Shown piece after piece: positions 1 to 11,044 of a DNA stretch of 64,000 nt. Below the pieces are notes generated by a model, which saw nothing but the letters and a program-made list of their open reading frames with translations, made no database searches and had not been told where the DNA came from. Origin of the DNA: Klebsiella pneumoniae (lineage in GTDB: Bacteria; Desulfobacterota; Binatia; Bin18); NCBI GenBank assembly GCA_945865755.1, contig CAMBFS010000001.1:3210-67209 (forward strand), given 5' to 3'. Position 1 is the first letter of the stretch; the number at the start of each line of letters is the position of its first letter. The translations under genes and the position numbers were made by a program.

Positions 1-489
1 GCGAGTACAGGCGAGCATGGCGACGGCTAGCTCTGGGATCATCTGCATGTAGAGGCAGACCCGGTCGCCCTTTTTCACGCCAAGTGATTTCAGCGTATTC
101 GCGAAGCGGCAGACCTGTGCGAGCAACTCCGCGTACGTCAGGTTGCGCGACTCGCCGAGGTCATTGCCTTGCCAGATCAGCGCGGTCTGGGCACCCGCAC
201 CCGCTTCGACATGACGGTCCAGGCAGTTGTACGAAACGTTGAGTTTGCCACCGAGGAACCACTTGGTTTGCGCATCGTGAAAGTCCCATTCCAAGACCTT
301 ATCCCACTTCGTAAACCAGGAGACAAATTTGTCGGCTTGTTCAACCCAGAATCCCTCCGGGTCTTGGATCGACCGCTGATACATCTGTTCGTAGAGTTCG
401 GGAGTGATGGCAGCATTCCCGCGCATGGCGACGGGAACGTCGTAGATGGACTCATTGGGAACCTGTTCTGCCATTCGTGGCTCTGCCAT
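1..489 (-). CDS. acs: Acetyl-CoA synthetase, N-terminal part (runs off window start)
   Basis: Manual translation of minus strand from ATG 489 (upstream AGGAGAGG): ...[12 protein letters not shown]...[18 protein letters not shown]...[47 protein letters not shown]. Confidence 0.92.
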   Translation of the reverse strand, partial: MAEPRMAEQVPNESIYDVPVAMRGNAAITPELYEQMYQRSIQDPEGFWVEQADKFVSWFTKWDKVLEWDFHDAQTKWFLGGKLNVSYNCLDRHVEAGAGAQTALIWQGNDLGESRNLTYAELLAQVCRFANTLKSLGVKKGDRVCLYMQMIPELAVAMLACTR

Positions 490-723
490 TGGGGCCTCTC
501 CTTTTCGTCTAGAAATCGCGCCGGGTGTCGGCGTCGGGCTGGGAACGTAGCACAAAGGGGTGCGGGGGAAAACCGTGAGCGTTTTAGGCGATTTCTGGAA
601 AAGATTCTCCCTGGTAGCCCGGATGGAGCGGAGCGTAATCCGGGGTGCCCTGCGCAGAACCTGGATTCCGCTCCGCTTCATCCAGGCTACCCAGAAACGG
701 GATATTCATTGCAAGAAATCACC

Positions 724-1749
724 TTATGGAAAGACAACTCCGGTTCGGCGCGCGATTTCCTGGGCAAGAGCGAAAAAATCGCGGTACGCACCGCGGACGG
801 CTTGGAGGTGCGCACCAATCGCACCATCAGCGGGTTTTAGGTGAAATATCGGCTTTCGCGCTTCCTGCGCGAGAGGCATGAGACTGCGATAATGTTTGAG
901 CAACGCCAGACGATACGGGTCTTGGTCCACTGAGACCTGGGTTCCCCCCGATTCATCAAGTACGTCCGTGCGATACACTTCCGGAATACGAGCAACCCAA
1001 CGATCGTATGCCTTCACCGGGCGATCCAGACGTACGGAATGTTGCAAGAGCACGTAGCCAACAGGTTGCATCTTGCCTTGAGGAAGCGGGAGATCGGCAA
1101 CAGGATTTCTTACCACCCGTTCTCCCCACTCTTCTCGCCACCGTCGGAGTGTCGGACCGAGGTTGCGTAAACCTTGCAGCGAGAACAAGTCAGGTGAAAG
1201 CGGAATCACAACGTAGTCCGCGGCAATCATGGCGGCACGGTTGATGGCCCCAAGATTCGGCCCGAGGTCCATTAAGACCACGTCGGCCTGGGACTGCGTC
1301 GCCGCCTTTTGCAATATCCTCCAGAAGGCGGAGATCACACGAAAGGCGCGCTCTTTGCGATCCAAACACTCCGGCCAGACCGTGGACAGTTCGTCCTCAA
1401 AGCTGGAAAGCGCGAGATCGCCAATCAGGAGGGCCAGTGGACTTTGGTCGAACAGTGGAAGCTGGTTTTCTAGGGAAACCTGTTCAAGATGAGGGTCAGC
1501 AATATCTCCGGTTCCCCCCAGCAGCGGCTGGATACATCCGAAGATGGTATCGTCATGCCTGTTGTCTGACCACAGTTCAGCTAGGCGGTCCTCATCCAAA
1601 AAGGCCGCGGTCAAATTCGCCTGCGGATCAAGGTCCGCCGCAACCACGCGAACACCCAAATCGGCATATATCCACGCCAGATGATACACGAGAGACGTTT
1701 TGCCGACGCCGCCCTTGTTATTGAAAAAGGCAATGATGGGGACGCTCAT
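724..1749 (-). CDS. ParA/Soj-like ATPase (orphan, no parB nearby)
   Basis: Deviant Walker A NNKGGVGKTS, DLDPQANLT, MDLGPNLG; start overlaps upstream stop (ATGA). Confidence 0.88.
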   Translation of the reverse strand: MSVPIIAFFNNKGGVGKTSLVYHLAWIYADLGVRVVAADLDPQANLTAAFLDEDRLAELWSDNRHDDTIFGCIQPLLGGTGDIADPHLEQVSLENQLPLFDQSPLALLIGDLALSSFEDELSTVWPECLDRKERAFRVISAFWRILQKAATQSQADVVLMDLGPNLGAINRAAMIAADYVVIPLSPDLFSLQGLRNLGPTLRRWREEWGERVVRNPVADLPLPQGKMQPVGYVLLQHSVRLDRPVKAYDRWVARIPEVYRTDVLDESGGTQVSVDQDPYRLALLKHYRSLMPLAQEARKPIFHLKPADGAIGAHLQAVRGAYRDFFALAQEIARRTGVVFP

Positions 1750-2939
1750 GATCGTTTCCTGATAATGGCCAGCACATGAGCCGCTTCGACAACGAACTCC
1801 AGGGGAGGGTTATGATTTTTCTCCAGTTCCTTGCGCGCCAGTGGAATTCCCAGGCCAAACCGCTGGACATAGCCAAGATTTTTCAGCACCTCCGCGATGT
1901 GCGGATTCCGATAGTCCGTGACTCCGGGTTGGCCAAAGTTTTGGCGCGTCACTTGCCCAAAGGGACCACCAGGATTTTGGATCTCAATCCGATCACTGAA
2001 CCAGGAAAAACGCACCGGAGCATTCGTTCCCTCATAGGTTCTATGTAATACCGCATTTCTCAGCAGTTGCTGCAAAGCAACAATAGGGTACTCAGGGTGC
2101 CGGATTTCAGTCGGCTGTGTCGTCAGGTCAGACGCAACCGCGATATGGGCAAGTAAGGTTTCGTCCAACCTTCTGAGTAAATCCGGTAGCGGTCCGTCTA
2201 TTTCTTTTTGGTCTTTAATCGGGTCAGTCAGCTCAGTGCCATCGAAACGCAGGAATTGGACGTAGTCGCCAGGAAGGAATTGTCGTGGATCTTGACCAAC
2301 GGTCAGAATACCTAGCACCGTCGGTCTCGGTTGAGGTTCAACCGTCGTAAACCGCATGGAAGTGAGTTGCTGTTCCACCGACCGTTGATTCTGCTCAAGA
2401 ATGTCAACCGGTAAAGCCGAAGGCAGATACTCCCGACGAAAAAAATCGACATCAAGGTCAGTTACGGTTGCTGACGCTACGGGTTGGATATCAAAGGGAA
2501 TATCTTTGGAGCGACGCTTCTCGGTCAGTCGCCGCTCTTCCTCTGCTGTCGCTGTGGCCCTACGGGGACCGACTCGTATCCAGACACGCCCTTGATAGCG
2601 AACAGGCGGAGCATCGGCAGGCTCCACGGTCACCACCGCCAACTCGCATCCGTTCAACGTCCTCTTTTGTACAGCTATGGTTGGAAAGGGCGTCAAGTTT
2701 CCATCCGAACGCATATCGGCAAGGGTACGCAGGAGTTCATCGGTAACCGCAAGCCGCGCACAGCGGCCATCGTCGGAGACACCGACGAAAAGGACGCCAG
2801 GCTGTTTGTGGTTTGGGAGGTCATTGGCGAACGCACAAATCGCTTGGCGGAGCTTATCCCCATCGGCAGCCGATGCTTTGCGCTCGACGCGGTCGGATTC
2901 ACTATCTCGTAAGAGTGCTTCTAATTCGCGATCATCCAC
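1746..2939 (-). CDS. Schlafen/AlbA_2 domain plus RecG-C-like (HATPase_c_4) protein
   Basis: ESDRVERK...ICAFAN...GVLFVGVSDDG (AlbA_2); LRNAVLHRTY, IEIQNPGG, YRNPHIAE, VQRFGLGI. Confidence 0.85.
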   Translation of the reverse strand: MDDRELEALLRDSESDRVERKASAADGDKLRQAICAFANDLPNHKQPGVLFVGVSDDGRCARLAVTDELLRTLADMRSDGNLTPFPTIAVQKRTLNGCELAVVTVEPADAPPVRYQGRVWIRVGPRRATATAEEERRLTEKRRSKDIPFDIQPVASATVTDLDVDFFRREYLPSALPVDILEQNQRSVEQQLTSMRFTTVEPQPRPTVLGILTVGQDPRQFLPGDYVQFLRFDGTELTDPIKDQKEIDGPLPDLLRRLDETLLAHIAVASDLTTQPTEIRHPEYPIVALQQLLRNAVLHRTYEGTNAPVRFSWFSDRIEIQNPGGPFGQVTRQNFGQPGVTDYRNPHIAEVLKNLGYVQRFGLGIPLARKELEKNHNPPLEFVVEAAHVLAIIRKRS

Positions 2940-3181
2940 TGACGGCTTTCCTCCTCGTGGTTTTGCTCCACGTCATATCGTTCCTTATGCTCGCGCCTTT
3001 TCGTCTATCACAGGCGCACCCAAGAAACAGTGCCGGAGTTCAGGAACGGCCCATACGACCAGCGCTATCGTCATTGCCACACTAAAGAATTCACGGGTAT
3101 GACCCGATATTGCTACTGGAACGACAAGTGGCCTCATCGTCATAATTCGTCTCTTTTGAGCGAGAAGGAAGTAATACCCCC

Positions 3182-5818
3182 ATGAACCACACCGACCCTG
3201 CGTCTATTGTGGACTATTCGACCATAGAGATTCTCATTGTTGAAGACAGCCAAACCCAAGGTGAGCGCGTCAGTTATGTCCTGCACTCGCATGGATTCTC
3301 CCCCACCCTCGTCAATAGTGGAACCGAAGCCTTAGCTTCTATCCGTGCTCGCCGTCCGACCCTCGTGCTGAGTGACGTGGTCATGCCGGGAATGGACGGC
3401 TACCAACTCTGTACGCGGATCAAAAGTGATCCAGCCCTCGCGGACCTCCCGGTCATTTTGATGACCGCCCTCACCGATTCGCGCGAGGTTATCAACGCGT
3501 TGGAGAGCCAAGCGGATGGGTTTATTACTAAGCCGTGCGATGAAGTCTTCTTACTCTCTCGCATCAACTACGTGCTCACCAATCGCGAGATTCGTACGCA
3601 TGCTCATCGCGATGACGCCGTGCGCGTGGTCGTCGGGGAGCGGACGCTGACGCTGACCTCTCGCCCGACACAAATCGTGGATCTGCTGTTATCGACCTTT
3701 GACAACGCGGTCCAGAAAAATCAAGAACTCGCCCACGCCTATCACCTCCAGACGCAGTCCGCTCTCGATATTCGCACGCTCAACGCACAGCTCGAGGAAC
3801 GTTCTCAAGCGCTGGCCCGCTCCGAAGCCAACCATCGCATGCTGTTGAACAGCAATGAATCCGCCATGCTCGTGGTGAACCAAGACCGGCGGATTCTCTT
3901 TCTGAATCTCGCCGCCGAATCCCTGTTACAGCGGCGCGCCGCCGACCTCTCGCACACGATCTTCCCCTTTCTCGTCGTCGTGGGCGCAACCCGCGAAGTG
4001 ACTATTCCCCGCTTGCCCGCGCCCCCAGTGATCTCGGAAATGCGCGCGATTGAAATTCTCTGGGAGGATCAGCCGGCGCTCTTGGTGACGTTGCACGACA
4101 TCACGGCGCGCAAGAAGATTGAGGACACGCTCCAGCAGGCCAAGGAAGCGGCCGAGGCCGCCGACCAGGCAAAATCGAGTTTCCTCACCAACATCACCCA
4201 CGAGATCCGTCTCCCGATGAACAGCATCATCGGCATGAGTGAGTTGCTGTTGGATACCACGCTCAACGACGAGCAGAGACATTTTGCCTCCATCGTCAAG
4301 CGGTCCGCGCAGTCGCTGCTCGGCATCGTCAACCAAGTGCTCGACTTCTCGAAGATCGAAGCCGAAAAGATGGACCTGGAAGTGATTGATTTTGATCTCC
4401 CGACAGCATTGGAGAGTGTCATTGACCTCTTTACCAAGACCTGTGCTGACAAGAACCTGGACTTGACGCTCTTGACCGATCGGGAGGTGCCAACAGCACT
4501 CGCTGGCGACCCCGGACGGTTGCGACAAATTCTCATCAATTTAGTCGGGAATGCCGTCAAGTTCACTGAACGCGGAGAAGTCGCCCTCAAGGTCTCCCTT
4601 GCGGACGAAACGCCCACGCACGCCACGATTCGCTTCGCGGTCACCGATACCGGGATAGGTATGCCAGCGGACCGGATTCCCCACCTTTTCCAAGCGTTTT
4701 CACAGGTGCACACCCCCTCCTCGCGAAAATTTGGCGGCACGGGATTAGGACTCGCCATCAGTAAGCAACTCGTCCACCTCATGGGCGGAGAAATAGGAGT
4801 GGAAAGCGCGCCGGGGCAAGGCAGTGTGTTCTGGTTCACTATTCGCTTGGAGAAACGCTCACCTACCGTCATCGCTTTCAAACCCAGTCTGACGGATCTC
4901 ACGGGGGTACATGCGTTGGTGGTGGACGACAGCGAGAACAATCGAGCGCTCCTCACGCAACACCTCTCTTCCTGGGGCATGCACGTGCGGAGTTGCGACG
5001 ATGGGGTCCAGGCATTAGTCCTGCTTGATACCGTGGCAAAGGAAGGACAGCCTTTCAATGTCCTCGTGGTGGACAGGAACATGCCAGAGATGGACGGATT
5101 TTCGCTCGCTCAGGCCATTCGCGAACAATCCACCTGGAACAACCTCCGCATCGTGCTGCTCACAGCCATCGGACAACGCGGGGACGCCGCCCAAGCCAGA
5201 GAGGCGGGCATTCAAGCCTACCTGACCAAACCGGTTCGTCGATCACAACTCTTTCAGTGTTTACTCGCGGTGCTCAGTCCACAACCAGCAACCAGCGGAT
5301 ACGACGGCCCGCCACTCATCACTCGCCACACGCTTGCCGAGGCGGCAGTCGCGCCGTTGATCTTGGATGAAGACGACCCGATTGTGACCCTCGTTGAAGA
5401 ACCGCACCGTGAAATCGGGCTGCGGAGCCGCATTCTGATCGTCGAGGACGATGAACTCAGCCAGGAGGTCACGGTCCGGACTCTCAAACACCTTGGGTAT
5501 AAAGAGGTCGACGTCGTCGCCAACGGACGCGAGGCTCTGGATATCATGGCCCATCACCCCTACGCGTTGGTCTTGATGGACTACCAGATGCCGGAGATGG
5601 ACGGGTTTACGGCCACCGCTTACATTCGCGCCCGTGACCACCAAATCGGCACGCATACCCCGGTGGTGGCCCTCACCGCACGCGCGAACAAACCAGATCG
5701 TGAACGTTTCCTGGCCGTCGGCATGGATGATTATATCGGGAAACCCTTCGACCGGGACCTGCTCAAAACCGTGGTCTCGCGATGGGTCGGCGCATCGGTC
5801 AACAGCCTCAGTTCATAA
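3182..5818 (+). CDS. Hybrid sensor histidine kinase (REC-PAS-HisKA-HATPase-REC-REC)
   Basis: [18 protein letters not shown]-box, [19 protein letters not shown], two C-terminal receiver domains. Confidence 0.93.
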   Translation: MNHTDPASIVDYSTIEILIVEDSQTQGERVSYVLHSHGFSPTLVNSGTEALASIRARRPTLVLSDVVMPGMDGYQLCTRIKSDPALADLPVILMTALTDSREVINALESQADGFITKPCDEVFLLSRINYVLTNREIRTHAHRDDAVRVVVGERTLTLTSRPTQIVDLLLSTFDNAVQKNQELAHAYHLQTQSALDIRTLNAQLEERSQALARSEANHRMLLNSNESAMLVVNQDRRILFLNLAAESLLQRRAADLSHTIFPFLVVVGATREVTIPRLPAPPVISEMRAIEILWEDQPALLVTLHDITARKKIEDTLQQAKEAAEAADQAKSSFLTNITHEIRLPMNSIIGMSELLLDTTLNDEQRHFASIVKRSAQSLLGIVNQVLDFSKIEAEKMDLEVIDFDLPTALESVIDLFTKTCADKNLDLTLLTDREVPTALAGDPGRLRQILINLVGNAVKFTERGEVALKVSLADETPTHATIRFAVTDTGIGMPADRIPHLFQAFSQVHTPSSRKFGGTGLGLAISKQLVHLMGGEIGVESAPGQGSVFWFTIRLEKRSPTVIAFKPSLTDLTGVHALVVDDSENNRALLTQHLSSWGMHVRSCDDGVQALVLLDTVAKEGQPFNVLVVDRNMPEMDGFSLAQAIREQSTWNNLRIVLLTAIGQRGDAAQAREAGIQAYLTKPVRRSQLFQCLLAVLSPQPATSGYDGPPLITRHTLAEAAVAPLILDEDDPIVTLVEEPHREIGLRSRILIVEDDELSQEVTVRTLKHLGYKEVDVVANGREALDIMAHHPYALVLMDYQMPEMDGFTATAYIRARDHQIGTHTPVVALTARANKPDRERFLAVGMDDYIGKPFDRDLLKTVVSRWVGASVNSLSS

Positions 5819-5824
5819 AGTCGG

Positions 5825-7565
5825 TCACGCGGATTCCCACGAGTCCAGGACAATGCCCTCAACAGCACTGAACCCAAGTCGCTCGCCCAACTGACGCAGG
5901 CACGTCACTTGCCGAGCGACAGGTTCTTCGTGCCGACGGCGGGAGAGCAAGTCCCGCAGATGCCGATGACAGAGCCGCGCGAAGAGTGTCTGCGCCCACC
6001 AGAGAGGTTCATCTCCATCATTGACTCGGCTCAAGGATGCGACAGATTGCCTGGTTGGCCACCCCGCGCGGCGCATCGACCCGCGCGGGTTTGACGTTTC
6101 GCAGGTACACCTGGCCCCCATGCCCGAACTCTCGCACATTGCTTGGGGCTTGGCTTAATCGGTCCACGAACTCGGCCTCAAGGGTCGGCTCCCACACCTT
6201 GGCCAATTCCATCGCTCGGGCCGCATAGCGGAGGATTTGCGTGGATTCGAGTCCCGCGATGTCATCGAAAAACCACCCGCAACTCGTGAACATCAACAGA
6301 CGGTGATGTTGCATTTCCAAAAGTTTCAGCGCGAGGGTCTTTTCCTTTTGCGCAAGACCGCGGGTTGCGTGCTGGTGGAAGAACGCATCGATCCGTTCAG
6401 TCGTGCGTTCAAGCAGCACGTCAATGTAGGCGTTTCGTGCCACCCACGGATCACGGAGCAAACCAGCCGCCTGCTGCTCGAAGAGCGGGTCGAGGAGCGC
6501 CTGTAGCCAGTTAAGGGTTTCGCGGAGAGGAGCCCGCCATTGCTGGGTCCAGCCCGATGCGCTCCCCATGTGACACCCGCAATCCGCCCGCCAGCGTTCG
6601 ACACCGTGCGCGCAACTCCACGACGTGTTCTCGTGAATCTCCACTTCCCAGCTTGGGGGATGTAAGGCCAGGTACTCCCCATAGTTGGTGACGCGCGCAA
6701 GCCCACGTCGTTCCAACTCGCGCAGGGCAAAGGCGAGGGCCATTTCCCCGAACCGATGATGATGTCCATACGTTTCACCGTCGGTGGCGACATGGACCAG
6801 TTGCGGCTCATCGGTGTCGGAACGAAAGGCCGCCGTCAGGCGTTCACGAAAATGGTCTCCACTATCAAGCAGTCGCTCGAACGCCACGCCACGTGCGAGT
6901 TCCGCGTTATAGAAAAACAGCACGATCTGTTTGCCACTAGGGAGACGACAGAGATAGGGATGACGGGTCTCGACCGTGTCAGCGTTGACATCGCGCCATT
7001 CGGAGTGAACAAGCGGACGGACCCGTTTCGCCTGGTGCGGCGCGAGGATGGTAAACGCAATACCGTGCGCGGCGAGTGTTTCCAAAGTTGGCACATCAAC
7101 CGCGGTCTCCGGCAACCACATCCCTTCAGGCGCACGGCCAAACCGATGCACGAACTCTCGGACTCCCCAAGCCACATGCGTCTCTTGGTCGCGCGCCGTG
7201 GCCAGCGGCAGAATCGCATGGCCATACGCCTGCGCGATCGCATTCCCGTGTCCAGCGTGCCGCTCCCGGCTCACTCGATCCGCGGCGACAATCTCCGCGA
7301 GCAATTCTGGTTCATGGCGCGCGAACCACGAGGTCAGGGTCGGACCAAAGTTAAAACTGAGAGAGGCGTAATTATTCACGATCTCGGTAATCTGGTCTTT
7401 ATGACCAAGCAACCGCGCCGCGGCATTGGGCCAGTAGCATTCAGCGGTGATCCGCGCGTTCCAGTCATGGTAGGGCGCCGCCGAGTCCTGGACTTCAATG
7501 GTCTCGAGCCACGGATTCTCGCGTGGGGGTTGGTAGAAATGGCCGTGCAGGCAAACGTAACGCAT
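5825..7565 (-). pseudogene. Glycoside hydrolase family 57 / DUF3536-type protein, main ORF 6018-7565; probable C-terminal remnant in another frame to 5825
   Basis: HGHFYQPPRENPW, GMWLPETAVD, ATDGETYGHH, SWSCAHGVERW, MFTSCGWFFDD; second frame LWWAQTLF...LRQLGERLGF resembles the family C-terminus as I recall it. Confidence 0.6.
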
Positions 7566-7584
7566 GTGATGGTGCTCTGGCCGA

Positions 7585-8142
7585 CTACGACTCGGCACTC
7601 CGTACATTGTCGACATATTCCTTCAAGTCGCGTAACGCCGCCACGATCATCGCAAGCGAGTAGCGCGCATTCCGCGGGCTCGTGGACGGAATCACAAACA
7701 CCGACGCGCCACCAAACTGTTGGGCGTGTGTCCCTGGGCTCTTCTCGGTACCACAACAAATCCGATACCCGGTAAGACCAATAAAGCAGATCACGCGCGG
7801 TTGATAGCGTTCAATTTTTTCTCGCAATACTTTCGCGCCACGGCGAAACTCGGTGGTCGACACTTCGTGGATGCCGTGGGTTGGCCGTTTCACGATGTCG
7901 GTCAACCCAATGCCCCATTCTAAAAGACGGGCATCGTCCTCCGGTCCAATCGACTCGGGAGTCAGGCCAGAGAGCGACAGCGCGGGCCAGAACCGATTCT
8001 GTTTATAGGCGAAGTAGTGCCCCACTTGGGCGGAATAGAGCCCAGGGTTGAGGCCGACAAACACCAGGTCGAGCCCTGCGCTCAGATAATCGGGCAGGGT
8101 CGCGGCGGATTTGGCGTTCTTCGAGGTCTTCGGGTGTGGCAT
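7585..8142 (-). CDS. mug: Mismatch-specific uracil/thymine DNA glycosylase (MUG family)
   Basis: FVGLNPGLYSA, GHYFA, NRFW, PSTSPRNA. Confidence 0.88.
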   Translation of the reverse strand: MPHPKTSKNAKSAATLPDYLSAGLDLVFVGLNPGLYSAQVGHYFAYKQNRFWPALSLSGLTPESIGPEDDARLLEWGIGLTDIVKRPTHGIHEVSTTEFRRGAKVLREKIERYQPRVICFIGLTGYRICCGTEKSPGTHAQQFGGASVFVIPSTSPRNARYSLAMIVAALRDLKEYVDNVRSAES

Positions 8143-8171
8143 TGGGTGGTCCAACAAGGCATCGCGAGCGT

Positions 8172-9230
8172 CTATCCGACGATGCCTACGCCTTTACAGA
8201 GCTGTCCATAGTAGCGGTCCAGCGCGCGATCCGACCACACGGTCAGCAGCGACCGGAGCAGAATCCCATACACCTGGGCCCGCGCGATTTTCACGCGGGC
8301 CCGCGGGTCAAGGAGTCGTGACGAGTGACGAATCGCGGTCAATGTCGAGACGCCAATCAGCAGCGGCCAGGCGCACGCCAAGCGCAACCGCCATTCGCGC
8401 CGTGGAATCGCGAGCGTGTAGGCCCACCCTTCGCGATAGTGACTCAGGGTGAGATCGAGCAATTCGTCGATCAGCGGTCGCACCCGCTCAAGCGTCCCGG
8501 CTTGGAGAACCTCTTCGGGTCGCACGCCTAAGGCCGCGAGATCGACGCGCGGGAGATAGCAGCGCCCAATGCGCGCGTCATGGGCGAGATCGCGCAGGAT
8601 GTTGGTCAATTGGAGCCCTTTGCCAAACCGCACCCCCTTGATCGCCATCGCGGCAACGTCCCAGTGCTGTAATGTCGGCAGATGCGCGACCGTGATCTTG
8701 GTCCAGAACTCGCCAACACATCCAGCCACGAAATAGGTATACCGATCAAGGTCGGCTCGGGTCTCCAGCGCCACGACTTTCCCTTCCTCTTCGGCGGGGA
8801 ACACCGAGAGGTCCATTTGCATCCCCTGCGTGAGCGTCAGCACCAACTCACGGATGCGCCGTTGATCGTCCACCGTTTGCGTGGCCAGGAGGGTAAAGCA
8901 CTCCGGCAAATGCGTCAGGAGTGCTCGCTCGCTCGGATTTTGCTGATGATCGGTGAGCTCGTGGAGATCGTGCTGGAGATGCCGCACAGCGGTCGCATCG
9001 TTCTCGGCGAATGCGGTGCGGTAGCGTTCCAGGTACGTCTGGCGGCGGTCTCGTGGCACAATGGCGGTATCCGCGATCGTGTCGGCGGCACGACAAAACA
9101 AATAGGCGAGTCCAAGAGCAGGACGCACGGGACGCGGGAGCACCCATAGGCTCAGATAGAAGGACCGACTGACGCGCGGCAGAATCTGTTGGAAAAGTGC
9201 TGCCGCCGCAGCGGGCTCGACGCTATTCAT
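8172..9230 (-). CDS. Squalene/phytoene synthase family protein
   Basis: VSRSFYLS, CRAADTIAD, YTYFVAGCVG, LQLTNILRDL..D...GRCYLP; start placed at ATG 9230. Confidence 0.88.
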   Translation of the reverse strand: MNSVEPAAAAALFQQILPRVSRSFYLSLWVLPRPVRPALGLAYLFCRAADTIADTAIVPRDRRQTYLERYRTAFAENDATAVRHLQHDLHELTDHQQNPSERALLTHLPECFTLLATQTVDDQRRIRELVLTLTQGMQMDLSVFPAEEEGKVVALETRADLDRYTYFVAGCVGEFWTKITVAHLPTLQHWDVAAMAIKGVRFGKGLQLTNILRDLAHDARIGRCYLPRVDLAALGVRPEEVLQAGTLERVRPLIDELLDLTLSHYREGWAYTLAIPRREWRLRLACAWPLLIGVSTLTAIRHSSRLLDPRARVKIARAQVYGILLRSLLTVWSDRALDRYYGQLCKGVGIVG

Positions 9231-9264
9231 GCGGCCCAAGACATACGCCGCGAGGTTCTCCGCG

Positions 9265-9813
9265 TCAACGGGAAGCGAGCAGACCGGAGGCGCGCAGTTG
9301 CTCCAGCGCCAATCGTCGCATGGAAAACCGATCTTTTTCCTCGGCGGACATTTCGGCGAACGTGCGTTCACTGCCAAGTGGTTGAAAGATCGCATCCCAA
9401 CCAAAACCACCGTTCCCACGGGGAGTATGGGGAATACTCCCCGTCACCGTGCCAGGAAACACACGCAGGATGGTACCATCACAGTACGCGAAGAGCGTGC
9501 TTGCGGTCGCCGCGCGGTTCTCCTCTCCTTGTAAGAGTCGGCAGAGGCCATCGGTCCCTACGGTCGAAAGAAACCACTTCACCAACGCCCCGGGCAAGCC
9601 GTGCCACGCGGCGAACGTAAGGCCCGTGTCTTCCACTAACACGGGCTGTCGCACCTGGGTGTACGCGTGTGTCACTTTGTGGATGACGACGGGCTCAAGA
9701 GCAATGTCTTGAATCTCATCAAGCGCGAGGCTCGCGCGTGTCAACCGCTGTCCGAGCAGGCGCTCGACTTCCGCCAACTTATTTTCACTACTGGTGATAA
9801 ACGTGAGTGCGAT
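9265..9813 (-). CDS. Non-canonical purine NTP pyrophosphatase (HAM1/RdgB family)
   Basis: LTFITSSENKLAEV, LDEIQ, VEDTGL, GLPGALVKWF, FGWDAIF, SMR; start uncertain (see findings). Confidence 0.85.
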   Translation of the reverse strand: MALTFITSSENKLAEVERLLGQRLTRASLALDEIQDIALEPVVIHKVTHAYTQVRQPVLVEDTGLTFAAWHGLPGALVKWFLSTVGTDGLCRLLQGEENRAATASTLFAYCDGTILRVFPGTVTGSIPHTPRGNGGFGWDAIFQPLGSERTFAEMSAEEKDRFSMRRLALEQLRASGLLASR

Positions 9814-9847
9814 GGTGCCGCCCTTTTTTCTCCCCAGCGGGCGAGTG

Positions 9848-10381
9848 TTAGCTTTTCACCCCGTACCGCTGCCACTCCAGCAAATAACAGAGGGTCTCCA
9901 AGGATGGCATGCGGTCGAGGTACACCTTGCCTTGGAGATGGTCGTTTTCATGTTGAATGACCCGCGCGTGGAAGTCGCGGGCCACGAAATCAAGCGGCTC
10001 GCCGTGGCGGTCCAGGGCCTCCACACGCAACTCGCGATACCGCGGCGCGACTCCGCGCATATCAGGCACGCTCAGACAGCCTTCCCATCCGTCCACTGTT
10101 TCCTGGTTGAGGATGGTCACTCGTGGGTTGATGAGGACGGTTAAAGGAACCGCGGGAGCATCTGGATAGCGTGGCGGTTTGTTGACTTCGAGAACGGCCA
10201 CCTGCTGGGACACATGCACCTGCGGAGCCGCGAGCCCCACGCCATCGTATTCGTACATGGTCTCGACCATGTCATTGATAAACTGTTGGAACCGTGGCGT
10301 GGCGATGTCCTCCACCGGGACTTGTTCAGCCACGCGACGTAACACCGGATGTCCCAAACGCGAGACTTTCAGAATCGCCAT
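9848..10381 (-). CDS. def: Peptide deformylase
   Basis: GVGLAAPQV, EGCLSVP, QHENDHLQG. Confidence 0.96.
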   Translation of the reverse strand: MAILKVSRLGHPVLRRVAEQVPVEDIATPRFQQFINDMVETMYEYDGVGLAAPQVHVSQQVAVLEVNKPPRYPDAPAVPLTVLINPRVTILNQETVDGWEGCLSVPDMRGVAPRYRELRVEALDRHGEPLDFVARDFHARVIQHENDHLQGKVYLDRMPSLETLCYLLEWQRYGVKS

Positions 10382-10397
10382 GGTCTTTCCCCTCCTC

Positions 10398-11033
10398 TCA
10401 ACCGTTTTTCCGTGCCGAGGTGTTCGCTTCCGCGGGCTGGAAGGCGTAGACGCGATGCCCTTGCCGATACTGCGCCATAAGCTGCACCACCTCCCAGCGG
10501 TCGATGATGATACATCCCGCTCGTCGTGCCACGTAGCGCGCGAGTACGGTCACGGCTCGGCTGGTCATCACCATCGACCGTTGACATCCGTAGAGACGCA
10601 TGGCGGTCAGGGTTGTGTCGATTTCCGCTGTCGTCACGCGACAGCGCAAGAGGCGACACGCGACACTCTCAGCTCCCCTCGTCATTACCAGAAGATCGGC
10701 TCGACGATTCTCCGCTTGTCGAGCTTGCAAGATCCCGTATCCTTGCGCGCGCAGCAGGTCGGTCACATAGCGCAGGAAGTCTTCTTCGCTCCTGGTTTCG
10801 AGATCAAGCAAAAGAGACAGGTGCTGGCGACGACGGTCCTGCTCTTCATAGAGTTTCCACGCGCCGAGGCCGCCGCCAATCAGCACCACGGCAAGAAACC
10901 AATTCCCGTGGAACACCACCGTGGTAAAAGCAACCAATACCAACGCGGCGGTCACTTTGAACGTGAGGCCACGCACGCTTTTCTTTTGGCGCAGACGCTG
11001 GTCGATTATTGTGGGGATGGCCTGGTCCAGCAT
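10398..11033 (-). CDS. Membrane-anchored Mrr_cat-like restriction endonuclease-fold protein
   Basis: Two N-terminal TM segments; F.RYV.DLL...GY, ADLL, YGC...MVMTS, A..VA......IIDR. Confidence 0.6.
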   Translation of the reverse strand: MLDQAIPTIIDQRLRQKKSVRGLTFKVTAALVLVAFTTVVFHGNWFLAVVLIGGGLGAWKLYEEQDRRRQHLSLLLDLETRSEEDFLRYVTDLLRAQGYGILQARQAENRRADLLVMTRGAESVACRLLRCRVTTAEIDTTLTAMRLYGCQRSMVMTSRAVTVLARYVARRAGCIIIDRWEVVQLMAQYRQGHRVYAFQPAEANTSARKNG

Positions 11034-11044
11034 ATCCGTCCTAC

